This document shows positions 1 to 14,849 of a DNA stretch of 64,000 nucleotides, one piece after another. Location of the stretch: contig JAPDFW010000065.1 in assembly GCA_028826165.1 (NCBI GenBank), positions 124,001 through 188,000 on the forward strand. Reading direction: 5' to 3'. Numbering within the stretch: the stretch's first letter is position 1; each line of letters opens with the position of its first letter. The notes beneath the pieces are model-generated. The model had not been told where the DNA came from and made no database searches. It worked only from the letters and a program-made list of their open reading frames with translations. The DNA comes from Anaeramoeba ignava BMAN. Its lineage: Eukaryota; Protista; Anaeramoebae. The translations under genes and the position numbers were made by a program.

Positions 1-3000
1 TTTTGATTCTTCAAAAGTTAAATTTGTTTCAAGAATTTTGTGTTGTTCTTCAATTTGATTTTGAATTTTTATAAAATTTTCATGTTCTTTGTTGAATTTA
101 TCAATCATATCAAATTTTTTCTGAACAAAATCATCAAATTGTTGGTTACTTAATTCCTTAAGAGTAGGCTTTAATTTAATGCAACTATCACTTTTTAAAT
201 TATCAAAAAGAGGAATATAAGAAATTTCTTCATAAATTTGAGGTGTTAGAATGGGAGTATGAAGAATTTTTTCAACAACATTAAATTGAACCATAAGTTG
301 TGATTTTTCTAATAAATTATTATATAAACTAATGAGTCCATCAAGAAGAGCTAATGCATCCATAATAATTTTTAAATGAGCAATTCTTTCTGTTATTTTT
401 TGTGTTTTTAATGAACGAATCCATTGTTTTCTGGTTCTTTTAATGTGTATATCTAGTTTTCGGAATTTTGTTTTTCTTTTTAAAAGTTGATTTTTAAGTT
501 CTTGTTCAGGTTTCAAAAATGAAATGGGAATATAATCAAGAAGTTCAAATAAATTTTCATCAAGAATTTCTTTGTTTGCTTCGATTTCCTTTTGCTCTTC
601 CTCTTCTTCTTGCTTTCTTCTCAATTCATCTTCTTCTTGTTGTTTTCTTCTTAATTCATCTTCTTCTTGTTGTTTTCTTCTTAGTTCATCTTCTTCTTGT
701 TGTTTTCTTCTTAATTCATCTTCTTCTTCTTTTTTTCTTCTTAGTTCATCTTCTTCTTGTTGTTTTCTTCTTAGTTCATCTTCTTCTTCTTGTTTTCTTC
801 TTAATTCATCTTCTTCTTCTTGTTTTCTTCTTAGTTCATCTTCTTCTTCTTGTTTTCTTCTTAATTCATCTTCTTCTTCTTGTTTTCTTCTTAATTCATC
901 TTCTTCTTCTTGTTTTCTTCTTAATTCATCTTCTTCTTCTTGTTTTCTTCTTAATTCATCATCTTCTTCTTGTTGTTTTCTTCTCAGTTCATCTTCTTCT
1001 TCTTGTTTTCTTCTTAATTCATCATCTTCTTCTTGTTTTCTTCTTAATTCATCTTCTTCTTCTTGTTTTCTTCTCAATTCATCTTCTTCTTCTTGTTTTA
1101 TTTTTAGTTCTTCAATTTGGTGCTGTTTAATATCTTCAATTTGTTGTTTTTGTTCAATATCTTCAATTTTCTTCGATTTGTTGTTGTTTAATATCTTCAA
1201 TTTGCTCAATATCTTCATTTTCTTCAATTTGTTGTTGTTTTTCAATTTCTTCAATTTCAATATCTTTTTTTTCAATATCTTCATTTTCTTCAATTTGTTG
1301 TTGTTTTTCAATTTCTTCAATATTTTCATTATTTTCAATTTCTTCGATTTGTTGTTGTTCATCTTGTTTAATATCTTTAATATCTTCAATTTCTTCAATA
1401 TTTTCATTATCTTTAATATCTTCATTTTCTTCAATATTTTCATTATTTTCAATATCTTCAATTTCTTCAATTTGTTGTTGTTCATCTTGTTTAATATCTT
1501 CAATTTCTTCAACTTGTTGTTGTTTTTCAATTTCTTCATTATTTTCATTATTTTCAATTTCTTCAATTTGTTGTTGTTGTTTTTGTTGTTGTTGTTTTTT
1601 AAGTTGTTCTTCAATTTCTTGTTGTTCATCCTCAATATCAATTATATCCTCTTCAACATCACTTTGATTACTTTCATCAAAATCATTTTCTAAAAATCTT
1701 GGTTGATATTCAATCTCTTTCGTTTTTTCATTTTCAAATTTTGAAATGGGACTTTCTGATAATTCAAGATTAGATAAATCAAGCACTAAATTTGTAATTT
1801 GTTTAAGAACAATCAAAGATGAATAAATATTTCCAAAATTTTCTTCAATTTTTTGCACATTTTCTTTTTCAATCTCTTCTTGTCTTTCAATATATAATTC
1901 TTTTCCAATATAATTTTCTCCAATTGATAAATCCAATATATTTTTTGTTAATTCAAGATTTTGTGGATTTGTAAATTGAATTAAGTTGATGAATAAATTT
2001 GGTTTTGTTTCTTCTTTTTCAATTTCAGATTTTGAAATTAAATGATAAATAATTGTTAGCATTTCATCTCGATATTCTGAGACAGGATAATTTGAATGTA
2101 AATAAAAATTTAACAAGCATGTATTCACTTGTGGCAATAAATTATTTGTTAAAGAATTTCTTAATTGAATTAAAAATAAATTCATGTTTGCAAATTCTCC
2201 TTTTGAATACTGATCAAAAACTTCAGAAATTTCTGTAAATCCAAGATCTTGAGAAACATTCGCAATGTTTTGTGCCCATTTGATTTTGTTTTCGTCTTCT
2301 TTGTGAATATTCTTGCAGAAAAACGGTAATAAGCCAACAATGTTTGAAGTTAATGATGTTTCTGAATTCTCAATAATTTCATCAGATTTAAGTAATGTTA
2401 AATAAGAAAGAACTGAAAAAACTGTTTCATTTAAATTTTCGAAATGAAATGCTTTCAAAACAAGTTGTTGAATTCCCAAGAAGGAGTTTCCCCTAAATTA
2501 AAATTATTATTAAAATTTATTTTGAATTTAAAATTATTATTAAGATTAATTTGTGTTTTTTTTTACCAGTCTTTGGGTTTTGTTGTGATAAGAGCTTGTA
2601 ATGTTCTAAAACCAGAAATTCCTTTTTTTAATAAAATTTCCAAAATCTCTAATCCATAGTTAAATAACTCAACATTATTTGAATTTAATAAAGCAACACT
2701 TGACCAGAATAATTTTTGATGATTTCGAACAACTACAACTTTGGAACTAATTTTCTTCATAGTTTCTATTACTTCATTAACAAAAGGTTTAATTTTCAAA
2801 GATTTAGAACACAAAAATCTGAACAAAACATTGACAATTTGTTCAGTATCACGATTCTTCACTTGAGTAATTAAAATTCGATATAAATGATGAGATCGAA
2901 TAAAATATTGAGATGATATGCAATGAGGGTTTGATTGATCATACATTTGGATTTGGGTTGTCCATTTAAAAGCTTCATCCAACCAAAAATTACGCAATCC

Positions 3001-6000
3001 ATTTGCACAACCTTGAAATAAACTAATTAATAAATCAATAACTCTTTTCAAACCCTCATCAGTTTTCATATCGAAATCTTGTGTTTGTATTTCTTTGATT
3101 AATTCAAATGCTTGTTGTGTTTCTTCACTTTGTAAATCTTTTGAGTTTTCAATTTGAATATATGAAATCAAATATACTAAAAGAAGTTTTGCATGATATA
3201 AAACAATTGGAACAAATGAATCAAGTTCCAAAAACACAACATGGAATATCAATGGAAGATTTTCATAAAACATTTCCACATTAATTGTAATCAATTCACA
3301 TAAGAAAATGAGTGAAACTTGTTTTCGATTGATAAATTTTGTTTCTTCCTCTCCCATTTCAAAAAATAGCAATGAAGAAGACATTACAGATTCATTCATT
3401 TTTCTGAAAACTGCTCTTCGACGGTTGAATTTTCTTTTGATAAAACTTTTAATCATATCACTTTTGGAAATTTTGTTTATAAATTTTTTTTTTAATAAAT
3501 TTTTCCGTTTATAAATTTTGTTTATAAATTTTTTTAATAAATTACTTTTTGTATGGAATAATTTTTGGATTGTGATATTCTTGAAATTTGATTAAAGAAA
3601 GGAGAATATTAAAAGATTTCAAACCTGTTTTCTTTGTAATCCAATATATGATCTTTTTTCCTGTATGAATTAATTCGGTATTTGGCTTTAAAAAAAAATT
3701 TCAATTTAAAAAAAAATTTCAATTTAAAAAAATTTTTTGAAAATTATTTTCTAATTTTACATCTCCCATTCCAATTCCAACTAAATAATCAATAATAGCA
3801 TCTAAATTTGGATCATTTAATGAAATGGAATTCCATAATTCATCATATAAATCTGTTAAATTATCAAGATCTTTATTTGTATGTTCTAAAAGTTTGTCAA
3901 GTAAAGATATAAATTTTAATCGAGAATCTTCATCATCTTTATTATATTTAAGTTGTTTTCCCCAAGGAATTAAGTAATTAAGAATAGATTCTTTTTCTCG
4001 CTTTAATTAAGGAAAGAAAATATATAATAAATGAATAAAAAAAATTTTCTTTCTTTTTTCTTTTTTCTTTTTTAATTTTGAATTACCAAGTTTCTTTGAA
4101 AACTAAGAGATGTATCTTCTGTTTTTTTATCAAGATTTTCATAATTTTCAAATGAAAGTTCAAAAATTTCATAAATCATTTCTGGTTTTTGAGTTGCAAT
4201 CCAATCACTAATTTCAGTCTATTTGAATTTTGAATTAATTTTGAATTAATTTTGAATTAATTTTGAATTAATTTTAATTTGAATTTTCACCTGAAATTCA
4301 GAAATTTTTGATTTAGTTGTAACAAATTGTGAAGATATTTTTGTTTTTGGAAATTCTTTTAATCCTAATTTGTTTGAATACTTTAAAAAAAGTGAAGTAA
4401 CCAATTGTCTAATTAAAGGATTTGGATGATTCAACTTGAATAAAATAATATTTATTAAGAAAAGTGGACTAATTTCAATATCATTTTCAAGTAAACTTTC
4501 CACAAAAGCAATTGTAAAAGCATTTGAAATATTTTCGTCAATAAGATATATTTGTGTGTAAAAAATGTCAAAAAGTTTTTCGGATTTGCTTTTGTAAAAT
4601 GTTTTGAGAATATCATTAACAAATAAAGAAGTAAATTCATGATTTTCTTGTGATTTTACTAAATCAAATATCCAACGAAATGTTTGGGAATCAGATCTCC
4701 AAGTTCCTGAATCAAATATCTCACCTTGAAATAATAAAGTAATAGCCTAATAAAAGAATAATTTTAATTTAATTATAATTTTAATTTTAATTTTAATTTT
4801 AATTTTAATTTTAATTTTAATATTAATTTTATTAATTTTAATTTTAATTTTAATTTAATTTTAATTTTAATTTTAATTTTAATTTTAATTTTAATTTTAA
4901 TTTTAATTATAATTTTAATTTTAATTTTAATTTTAATTTTAATTTTAATTTTAATTTTGAATTTAATTTTAATTTTAATTTTATAAATGAATTTTAATTT
5001 TGATTTTAATTTTAATTTTAATTTTAATTTTAATTATAATTTTAATTTTAATTTTAATTTTAATTTTAATTTTTTAAATCCCTATACTTTTAAAGCAATA
5101 TAATTAATTGATTTGATTTGTTCAATTAAAGCATTCTGTTTTTTTTCTTGGTTTTGTTGATTAAGTTTTTCTGCTTTTAAAAATCCAGAAATAAATGATT
5201 GTGGATCTGGAATTTCACTTCTTGAATCAATTCCTGTAAATTGTTTAAGGATAACAAAAAATGATTTTCTTTCAGATTTAGTGAAATTATCTCCAATTTT
5301 GATGAAAAAATCAAGGAAATATTGAATAATAAGAATATAATTATAACGAAGTCGAAGAATTGTTAATGAAAATTGATCTGCTGTTTCGGAAAAATAATCT
5401 TTTGTTATCATGATAATTGAACTAAATTCTTCTATTAATGGATTATCATTATCCATAGGTGTTAATCGATGAATTTCCAAAAATAAGCGATAAATTTCTA
5501 ATAATTTAAAATTTTTTTTTGTAAGATGAACATAATCAAGCTCAGATATATAAAAGAATATTTCCTTCATTTTTTTTTAAATCAAAAAATAAAAAGAAAA
5601 TTGTTTTACCAAGAATTTGATTCACTAATGGAATTTGTTTCTTTTTGGTAGAAATATCAGATTGAATGAAAATAGCTTTGAAATGTTCTTTTAGTTTTTC
5701 AAACATTAGGGAAGCTGATTCAAAATTTGAATTTGCAAGTGCCTTAAAAGTTTTTATTATTAAAATTAATAAATAAATAAATTAATAAATAAATTAATAA
5801 ATTACATTTCTTGTCATTAATCCCAATTCTTTTTTTTTATGAGTACTAAATGGTATAACTTTATCATAAAGCTCTATAATTTGATCATCAGAAACTAAAT
5901 TAAATGATAAATGAATTTTTTTTTTTAATTTTTTAAATGTTTTTTTTTAATTTAATTTTTTCAATATTTTTTACTGCAATCATAAATAGCTATTGAACAA

Positions 6001-9000
6001 GCACAAGAAACAAAACTATGCCATAAATCAATTTTTTTCATAGAATCTTGAGTATTAAATTTAGATTGATATTTTGAATTTAATTCATTTTCCAAAGTCG
6101 TTATTTGTTTAAAAAACTATTTTTCAAATTTTAAATTTTAAATTTTAATTTTGAAATTTTAAATTTTAAATTTTGATTTTGATTTTCACATGATAAAATA
6201 AAGAAGAGAATTGATCATTATCTAATTCAAGTTTTGGTAATAATTGGGAAAAACAATTCAAAAATAAAAGTGTTTGCGAACTATCATCACTTGTAAATAG
6301 ACTCTCAAAAGTTATTGAGATTTCAGAGGTTTTTTGAGTAAGCTTTTTTTTTTGATTTGTTATTATTATTATTATTATTAAAAAAAAATCAATAAAATTA
6401 TTAAATACTTGGTTAACTGAAAGAATCTCTGTTGTTCTATAAATGCATTTTGGAATGATTTCTGGGAAAAATTTCTTAAATTGAGAAAGAGAAGATGAAG
6501 CTATAAAAATATATCAAAATTTTATATCAAATTTAGAGAAAATATACAGAGTTAATTAATTATATATTTTTATTTTTGAGTATTTATTAAATAAAAAATT
6601 ACCTTCATTTGGATTTGAAATGAATTGGAAAATAGAATCCATTTTTTGTAATAATTGGAATGTTTTCTTTCTAATTGGAGGATATGGATAAGCAGCGAAA
6701 AACAATAAACTTGAATCAATATCACTTAAACTAACATTTACTTTTTCACCAAGTAAATCTTTATGGAGAGAAATTAACGATTGAGAAGGAATTTTTAATT
6801 GAGGAGATATTCCTGTTTTTTTCTTGGATTCTTTAATAATGAAAATCCATTCATCAATTAATACTTCTAAAATGTTTAATCCTTTGAGTATTTCTGGTAA
6901 AATGATTGGAATTCGAATTAAATTTTGAGCATAAACATAAATTAATAAAATTTGGAAATCTGGGTTGTTTAAAAGCTTTTTGAGTTTTGTTATGGAAGAT
7001 CTTGAAATCTTTCCATCAAGATGTAATGTTAATTGGCTAATTATTGAAAAGATGTTTTGGGGTAAAATTTCTGAGACACATCGAATACAATTTCGGAGAA
7101 TTCTTGTTTCGATTATTTGATTTTCTTTGATAAGATCTAAAAATAAAATGAAATAAAAAGAAAAAATTTGGATTAAGAATAGTTGAATAATTATTTAAAG
7201 TGATAAAAGTACCTGAAAGTTCTTTTGTTTGAGAATAACTTAACAAGTTTCCATAGAGTGAAATGTAATTCAAAAGTATTTTTTCAATTTCTGGTAAAAT
7301 AGGTTTAAATAAATCTTGAGAATTAAGTAAGGTTAATTGATCATTCTGATTTTGTGATGAAAGTAGACGAAGAAAAGAATATAAAGCTTGAGTTCCAATA
7401 TAACGTTTTTCTATCATTTCTGAACGTAATAAGCTCAATATAATATTTTCCAAAACAAAATTTGGATCAAATTTTGCATAAGTTTTGAGGAAATAATCCA
7501 GAATTTTAAAGTCACGAATCTGGTTAAATTGATAAGGTTTTGAATAATGGAAAAGAGATGCAATGATTTGTTTGATTTTGTTTTGAGCACTAAGACGATC
7601 TGAAGAACTAGAAATAATTTTGGAGCCAAGATCAACTAAGCATTTAATACCGGTTTTCATAGTTTTTTTATTATTTCTTAAATCAATTGCTTTTTCAAGT
7701 AGCTCTTCGTAGTGATTATTAAAAATTTCATCTGAAAAAACTGCAATTTGTGTTAAAAAATTTGTTAAAGATTCTTCCTCTTTTGATTTTGTGAAAATTT
7801 TTTTGGAATTGACGAATGCTAAGGTGAGCATTTGTGATAATTCTTGTTTTAATTCAAGGATTTCTGTGTTTGGAATTTTGTATAAAATTTTAGAAATAGC
7901 CATTATTTGATTAATATAATATTTGTTTTTTTTCTTTTGGGAAAATTTATCAATATATTTTTGTAAAAATTTAAGGGATTTTTTTGCGTTTTGTTCAGAA
8001 TTAAATGGGAGTTTTAAATATCCTAAGCTATGAATCCAAACTTCTATTTTATTTTCTTTGATTTCGAAATTGAGTGAGAAGTAAGAATCAATTAAATCCA
8101 AGTCAGTTATGCAAAGTTGTTCTAAAATTTGAATTGATAATTTTCTTAAGAATCTTTTGTTTATAATAGTTTGATCATGTGACCATTGAGTTCCAAATAT
8201 TTCGTATGTTTCGATTATATAAGATACTGAAAATTGAAGGATATCTTGAAGGTATTCTGTAGTTAAATATGTAGAATTTTGGTTTATAATTATTTGAATA
8301 GATTTTGCGAAAATGGAATCGATAAAAAGCTAAAAAATAAAAAAATTAGAAACAAAAAATATAAATAAAAATTTAAAAATTAAACCTTTTTAGAATTTGT
8401 CCAAAGTCTCATTTCTTTTGTTTCCGATTTTCTATTTTAATTTTATAAATTAATTTATATTTATATTTATATTTATATTTATATTTATATTTATATTTAT
8501 ATTTATATTTATATTTATATTTATATTTATATTTATATTTATATTTATATTTATATTTATATTTATATTTATTTATATTTATATTTATATTTATATTTAT
8601 ATTTATATTTATATTTATATTTTTATTTTTATATTTATATTTATATTTATATTTATATTTATATTTATATTTATATTTATATTTATATTTATATTTATAT
8701 TTATATTTATATTTATATTTATATTTATATTTATATTTATATTTATATTTATATTTATATTTATATTTATATTTATATTTATATTTATATTTATGATTTA
8801 TATTTATATTTATATTTATATTTATATTTATATTTTATATTTATATTTATATTTATATTTATAATTATATTTATATTTATATTTATATTTATATTGTATT
8901 TATATTTATATTTATATTTATATTTATATTTATATTTATATTTATATTTTATTTTATATATTTATATTTTATATTTATTATTTATATTTATATTTATGTT

Positions 9001-9604
9001 TATATTAATATTTATATTTATATTTATATTTATATTTATATTTATATTTATATTTATATTTATATTTATAATTATATTTATATTTATATTTATATTTATA
9101 TTTATATTTATATTTATATTTATATTTATATTTATATTTATATTTATATTTATATTTATATTTACTTCTTCGATGACTTTTCAGTTAATTCTTTTGTAGT
9201 TGAATCAATTTCTAATTCTTTTTTTCTCCATTCTATTAAATTAAAAACTGTAAAAGTCATATCATGTTTTGCTAATAATGATAATGGTTGAAGTCTTAAT
9301 AAAAAAGATTGAGTTTTCAAAACTTGAGGAATATCAATTATTTTATTTGAAAACTAAATAAAAGAAAACATTTAAATTTTAATTTTTGTTTTTGTTTTTG
9401 TTTTAATTTTTGTTTTTGTTTGTTTTTGTTTTTGTTTTTGTTTTTATTTTTGTTTTTATTTTTGTTTTTGTTTTTATTTTTAGTTGTTTTAAATTTTTTT
9501 ACATTTGAAAAGTTTAAATCAATTAATTTATGAGCTTCAGAACAAAAAGATAACATGCTCTCTTTTAAAATATCTCGACTTATTAATTTTTGATGATTTG
9601 CCAT
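1..9604 (-). CDS. FRY: Furry/Tao3/Mor2-PAG1 cell-morphogenesis scaffold; multi-exon, 3' end beyond the left edge
   Basis: Spliced exons give Furry-like blocks [89 protein letters not shown] and [22 protein letters not shown] at 9604, many GT-AG introns, an E/Q/K low-complexity tract at ~560-1650 and an apparent +1 frameshift near 1163. Confidence 0.85.
4747..5084. repeat. Intronic (TTTTAA)n microsatellite in Furry
   Basis: Hexamer repeat fills a GT-AG intron. Confidence 0.9.
8450..9165. repeat. Intronic (TATATT)n microsatellite in Furry
   Basis: About 700 bp of near-perfect hexamer repeat between exons. Confidence 0.95.
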
Positions 9605-9713
9605 TTCAAAATAATAAAAGAGATTTGAGAAATTTTAAATAGAAAAAAATGAAAAATGAAAAAATAAAAAATGAAAAAAATAAAAAGGAGAAAAAAAAGG
9701 GAATTCAATAATT

Positions 9714-12700
9714 TTATTTTTTTTGAAGTTCTTTAAAGCTTTTCTTTAGGAAAAGAAATTCATATTTTGAACAAATTTGAGGATAATTAATTTCAAAAGA
9801 ATTAATATTATAAGTTAAATTTTGAAATAAGTTTTCATTTAAAACAAATTCTGATTCATTTGATTGAAGATTTGATTTTGTATTATTTGTATGAAATTCT
9901 CTAAAATTTTCTAATTGAATTTGAGGAATTGTTTCTGGATCCAAACTAGAAAAAAGTTGAATAAAAAAAATTTAATAAAAAAAGTGGAACAAAAAAAAAA
10001 TTTTTTTTTTAATTTTTTGCTTTTTTTTTTTTCTTACTTATCAGGTTGAAAATTTGTTAAAATTTTATAAATTTGTTTCCATCCAATTTGAGGAACTATT
10101 TGTTGACAAACAGAATAACCATTTTCAAAATCTGATGCGATTATTTTGTTTAAAATCAAACAATCAGCAAGTTGTTTAATTTTAGAAAATTGATTACTAA
10201 AAAAAAATTAATTAATAAATTCAAATAATAAATTATAAATTAATTTTTTAAAATGAATTTCTTTCTTTTTGCTTTTTTTTTTTAATAATCCAAATTATTT
10301 TACATTTTATCTGATAAACCCCAAGAACAAAACCATTGATCAACAAGTGAAAAATCCATTTTGATTTGAAGACCAATTGTTGATGTGCATCTATTTTTAT
10401 TATTATTAAGTTCTTGACTAAGAAAATTAAAAGCGCTACTACAAACTTGTTGGAAAATATCAATTAAAATTTGTTCAGGTAAAAAATTTTTTTTCATAAG
10501 TTCATATAAATTAGTGAAAAATTGAGTCAAATTTGTATGACACATTCCACCTGATGTTTTGATTTCCTTTTTGTGGAATTGTGTTTGTTGTTGAGGTTGT
10601 CGTTGTTTTCTTGAAATTACTTTTCTCAATCTCGGAATCAATTCACTCATAAAAACTGAGTTTAAATTGTCAAAAATAGTCAATATAATTATTGTTAATT
10701 CTTTTGAAAAATTATGATTTGGTTTTGAATTTCCATTTTCAATAACAAAATTATTGGATAAATAAATCATGAAACAACAATTTGATAATAACCAAACCAA
10801 TCTTTCTTTTTCTTGTCGATTATTTTGAATAAATAAATTTAAGATGTCCAAAAAAGATGTAAAAATTTCTCCATTTTCATCTTGTTTAAAAACTCCCCAA
10901 TAAATTTCTGCTTTTACAAGAAGAAGAGCAGAAACTGGGTATTTATTTTGGTATAAAGGTTCTGTGAAATGGATCAATTCCAAGAGCAATTTCCTTTGTT
11001 GAGCAATAATTGTACTTATTTTTATTTTGGATTCAATTGATTCTAATTGATTTTTCAAATCGGATATAATTTTTTTTTGATTTTCAATTTCGCTTTCAGA
11101 AGGAGCTTCAAGTTCATTTGCTGATTCCATTGATGATTCAATTTTATCAGTAAAATCTGTTGAATTTATTTCTGATTCTGATGAATTATGATTATTATTT
11201 TTATTTGAATTTTCTGAATTTTCTGAAGAAACTATTTTATATTCAAGATCAACTAAATTATTTTTATTAGAATTATCTTTTCTTGGAGAATAAAAACTCT
11301 CTTCCTCTGGTTTCCAATTTGTGTTTTTGATTTCATATAATGATGTTTTGTGTTTAGGAATATTTGGTGAATAATCAAAAAGCTAAAAAGAAAAAGAATT
11401 TCGAATTTTAATTTTAACTTAGAATTTAATTTTAAATTTAATTTTTTAAATTTGATTATTTTTATTGTTTACGTTTGTATTATGTAAAAATTGATCAAAA
11501 TATTCTGTTGTTGATTTTTTTAAATGTTTAACCGGAGAAACTGAACGTTCTCCTGTAACTGGATTTATACCATCTTCAATAGAAAATTCAGTTACTGTTC
11601 TTCTTATAGGAGCAGGTGATAAATTTGGAGAACTTATAGTTTTCTTTGAATTTTTTAATTAAATTTGATTTTTTAATTAAATTTGATTTTTTGATTAAAT
11701 TTCAATTTTTGATTAAATTTGAATTTTTTAATTAAATTTGATTTTTTTAATTAAATTCAATTTTTTAATTAAATTTGAATTTTTTAATTAAATTTGATTT
11801 TTTTAATTAAATTTGAATTTTTAATTAAATTTGGATTTTTAATTAAATTTGATTTTTTGATTAAATTTGAATTTTTTAATTAAATTTGAATTTTTTAATT
11901 AAATTTGAATTTTTTAATTAAATTTGGATTTTTTGATTAAATTTGAATTTTTTAATTAAATTTGAATTTTTTAATTAAATTCAATTTTTTAATTAAATTT
12001 GAATTTTTTAATTAAATTTGATTTTTTGATTAAATTTCAATTTTTGATTAAATTTGAATTTTTTAATTAAATTTGAATTTTTTAATTAAATTTGAATTTT
12101 TAATTAAATTTGAATTTTTAATTAAATTTGAATTTTGTGATTAAATTTGAATTTTTAATTAAATTTGAATTTTTTATTTAAATTTGAATTTTTTATTTAA
12201 ATTTGAATTTTTAATTAAATTTGGTTTTTTTGATTAAATTCAATTTTTTAATTAAATTTGAATTTTTTAATTAAATTTGAATTTTTAATTAAATTTGATT
12301 TTAGTACATTTTGAGCAAAATCTTTTAATTCTGTATTTTCAACTTTAATTGGAAATTCATTATTTTCATCTCCACTTGTTGTACTATTAAGTGGAGAAAC
12401 ATAATATTTATCTTTTGGCATTGTTTTTTGTGAATTTTTTTCTTCTTGATTTAATTTATCAAGTTTTTCTTGAACTGGAATAAGTGATAATAAAGAAATT
12501 TCTTTTTGAATTTTTTTTTCTTTTGAACTTTTTGTGATCATAATTGAAAGAGTTATTGTTGGTTTTTGAGGTGAATGTAAATTTTCACTCAATTCAACAG
12601 AAAACTTTTCTGTAACTGGTTGAGGTAATTGATTAATTTTAGAAAGATTTAATGCTAATTTTGCAATTAAAACTTCTTCAGCTTTTAAACTTTTTGACTA

Positions 12701-13027
12701 AAATTTTTTGGATTTTGATTTAAATATTTTTTTTGTAATATTTGAATATTTTTTTTCTAAAGTTACAAAATAAAATGATAAGCCAAAAAGCTTATCATCA
12801 GGATTTTCTGAATTTTTCTTATAAAATAATGTTAAAGGCATTGAAAATTCTTCTTCAAATTTAACAGAACCTGATTGATTGATTTGATTTCTTTTTGTTG
12901 TTTTTATTCTTTTTCCTCTTGAACATTTAATACTTAATAAATTATTTTGAAAAGGTAAATTTTGAACTGAAACAATTGCAAAAGTAAATAAATGTTTAAC
13001 TCTTTTTTTTCCTTTATGTTTAAACAT
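9714..13027 (-). CDS. NT-C2 (EEIG1/EHBP1-type) plus Dilute (DIL) domain protein, multi-exon
   Basis: N-terminus has FTFAIVSVQNLP..VKFEEEFSMPLTLF..IAKLALNLS (NT-C2). C-terminus has LVWLLSNC, IFQQVCSSAFNFL..CTSTIGLQIKMDFSLVDQW, IKQLADCL, QIYKILTNFQPD..DPETIP (DIL). Confidence 0.8.
11650..12305. repeat. Intronic ~19-20 bp minisatellite (AAATTTGAATTTTTTAATT)n
   Basis: More than 30 degenerate tandem copies inside an intron of the NT-C2/DIL gene. Confidence 0.9.
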
Positions 13028-13080
13028 CAAATAAATTGAAAAATAAAAAAAATGAAAAAAACTTTTTCTCCTTTTTTTTT

Positions 13081-14010
13081 ATTAAAATTTTTGATAAATT
13101 CAATTACATTAAATAAAAATAAGTTAATAATCTTTTTATTTTTAAAAAGTTATTTATTTTTAAATTTAAATATTAAATTAAAATTAATTTAGAAAATGAA
13201 ATAAATTAAATAAAAAAATTTAATTAAAATTTTTGATAAATTCAATTACATTAAATAAAAATAAGTTAATAATCTTTTTATTTTTAAAAAGTTATTTATT
13301 TTCTAAATTTAATATTAAATTAAAATTAATTTAAAAATGAAATAAATTAAATAAAAAAATTTAATTAAAATTATTTCAAAATTTAAAAAGGAATTAAATA
13401 AAAATAAGTTAATAATCTTTTTATTTTTAAAAAGTTATTTATTTTCTAAATTTAAATATTAAATTAAAATTAATTTAAAAATGAAATAAATTAAATAAAA
13501 ATTTAATTAAAATTATTTCAAAATTTAAAATTCAATTAAATTAAAATAAGTTAATAATCTTTTTATTTTTAAAAAGTTATTTATTTTCTAAATTAAATAT
13601 TAAATTAAAATTAATTTTAAAAATGAAATAAATTAAATAAAAAAATTTAATTAAAATTATTTCAAAATTTAAAAAGGAATTAAATAAAAATAAGTTAATA
13701 ATCTTTTTATTTTAAAAAGTTATTTATTTTTAAATTAAATATTAAATTAAAATTAATTTAAAAATGAAATAAATTAAATAAAAATTTAATTAAAATTATT
13801 TCAAAATTTAAAACAGAATTAAATTAAAATAAGTTAATAATCTTTTTATTTTTAAAAAGTTATTTATTTTTTAAATTTAATATTAAATTAAAATTAATTT
13901 AAAAATGAAATAAATTAAATAAAAATTTAATTAAAATTATTTCAAAATTTAAAACAGAATTAAATTAAAAAAAGTTAATTGATTTTTATTTTGAAATTTA
14001 TTTATTTTTA
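13081..14010. repeat. Tandem array of a ~142-bp AT-rich unit, ~6.5-7 copies
   Basis: Anchor AAGTTAATAATCTTTTTA recurs near 13121, 13263, 13406, 13549, 13692 and 13831, and in degenerate form near 13972. Confidence 0.9.
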
Positions 14011-14234
14011 AATTTATTTTTGAATTCAAAAATTAATTTAAAACGAAACAAAAAGAAAAAAAAATCAATTTAAGAAAAAAAAGGAAAAAGAAAAGTTAAA
14101 AAAGAAAAAAGATTTTGATTGAGGATTTGTTTTGAATTTGAGTAAATTATTTCTTTTGTTTGCATTCAAATTAAAATACCATCTTTAAAAATGCAAATAA
14201 AATCTTAAAAATTTAATCTAAACATTTTCAAATT

Positions 14235-14354
14235 TTAAAAACAAATTTTATCACCTGTTTTGCATTTGCAAGTGCAAATTCCATCTTTCATTGTGCAATC
14301 ACAATCTTCACACTTACAATCTTCACATTTACAAGTTTTAGTTTGTTTCTCCAT
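14235..14354 (-). CDS. Metallothionein-like small Cys-rich protein (39 aa unspliced)
   Basis: MEKQTKTCKCEDCKCEDCDCTMKDGICTCKCKTGDKICF*: 10 Cys, mostly in CxC motifs. TTTCATTTTT initiator-like motif ~35 nt upstream. A possible second exon lies near 14147-14182. Confidence 0.8.
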   Translation of the reverse strand: MEKQTKTCKCEDCKCEDCDCTMKDGICTCKCKTGDKICF

Positions 14355-14584
14355 TATAAATTTTTTTTGGTTTCAAAAAATTGAAAAATGAAATTTTCTT
14401 TTTGTTTTTTTTTTTGTTTTTCTTTTGAACTTTTTGATCAAAAAAATTTTTAATTTAAGAAAAAGGGAAAAAGATTTTGATTCAATTTTTAAAGTTGAGT
14501 AAATTATTTTTATTTTTAATCTTTCCTTTCAATTTATTTCTAAAATCCTTTTATAATCACAATCTTCAAAAATTTTGATCTTCA

Positions 14585-14720
14585 TGAATTATCACCTGTT
14601 TTGCATTTGCAATCTAATCAATATTTAAATCAAATCAAATCAAATCAATCTTCATTTACAAGTTTTAGTTTGTTTCTTCATTATAAATTTTTGGTTTCAA
14701 AAATGAAAAATGAAATTCAA
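14585..14720 (-). pseudogene. Degenerate tandem copy of the metallothionein-like gene (or collapsed consensus)
   Basis: Repeats ATG AAG AAA CAA ACT AAA ACT TGT AAA, TGCAAATGCAAAACAGGTGATAA and the upstream sequence. The middle is replaced by (GATTT)n and contains a stop. Confidence 0.6.
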
Positions 14721-14849
14721 TTTTTGTTTTTATTTTTGTTTTTCTTCAAATCAAAAATTTTTAATTTAAAAAATTTATTTCAATTCAATTTTTAAATTAA
14801 ATCATATTTTATTTTTAATCTTTCCTTTCAATTTATTTCTAAAATCAAA

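Noticed and set aside
519-1693. Plus-strand ORFs rich in L/F/H or S/C/F
   Set aside because: Antisense shadows of the E/K/Q-rich Furry coding repeat.
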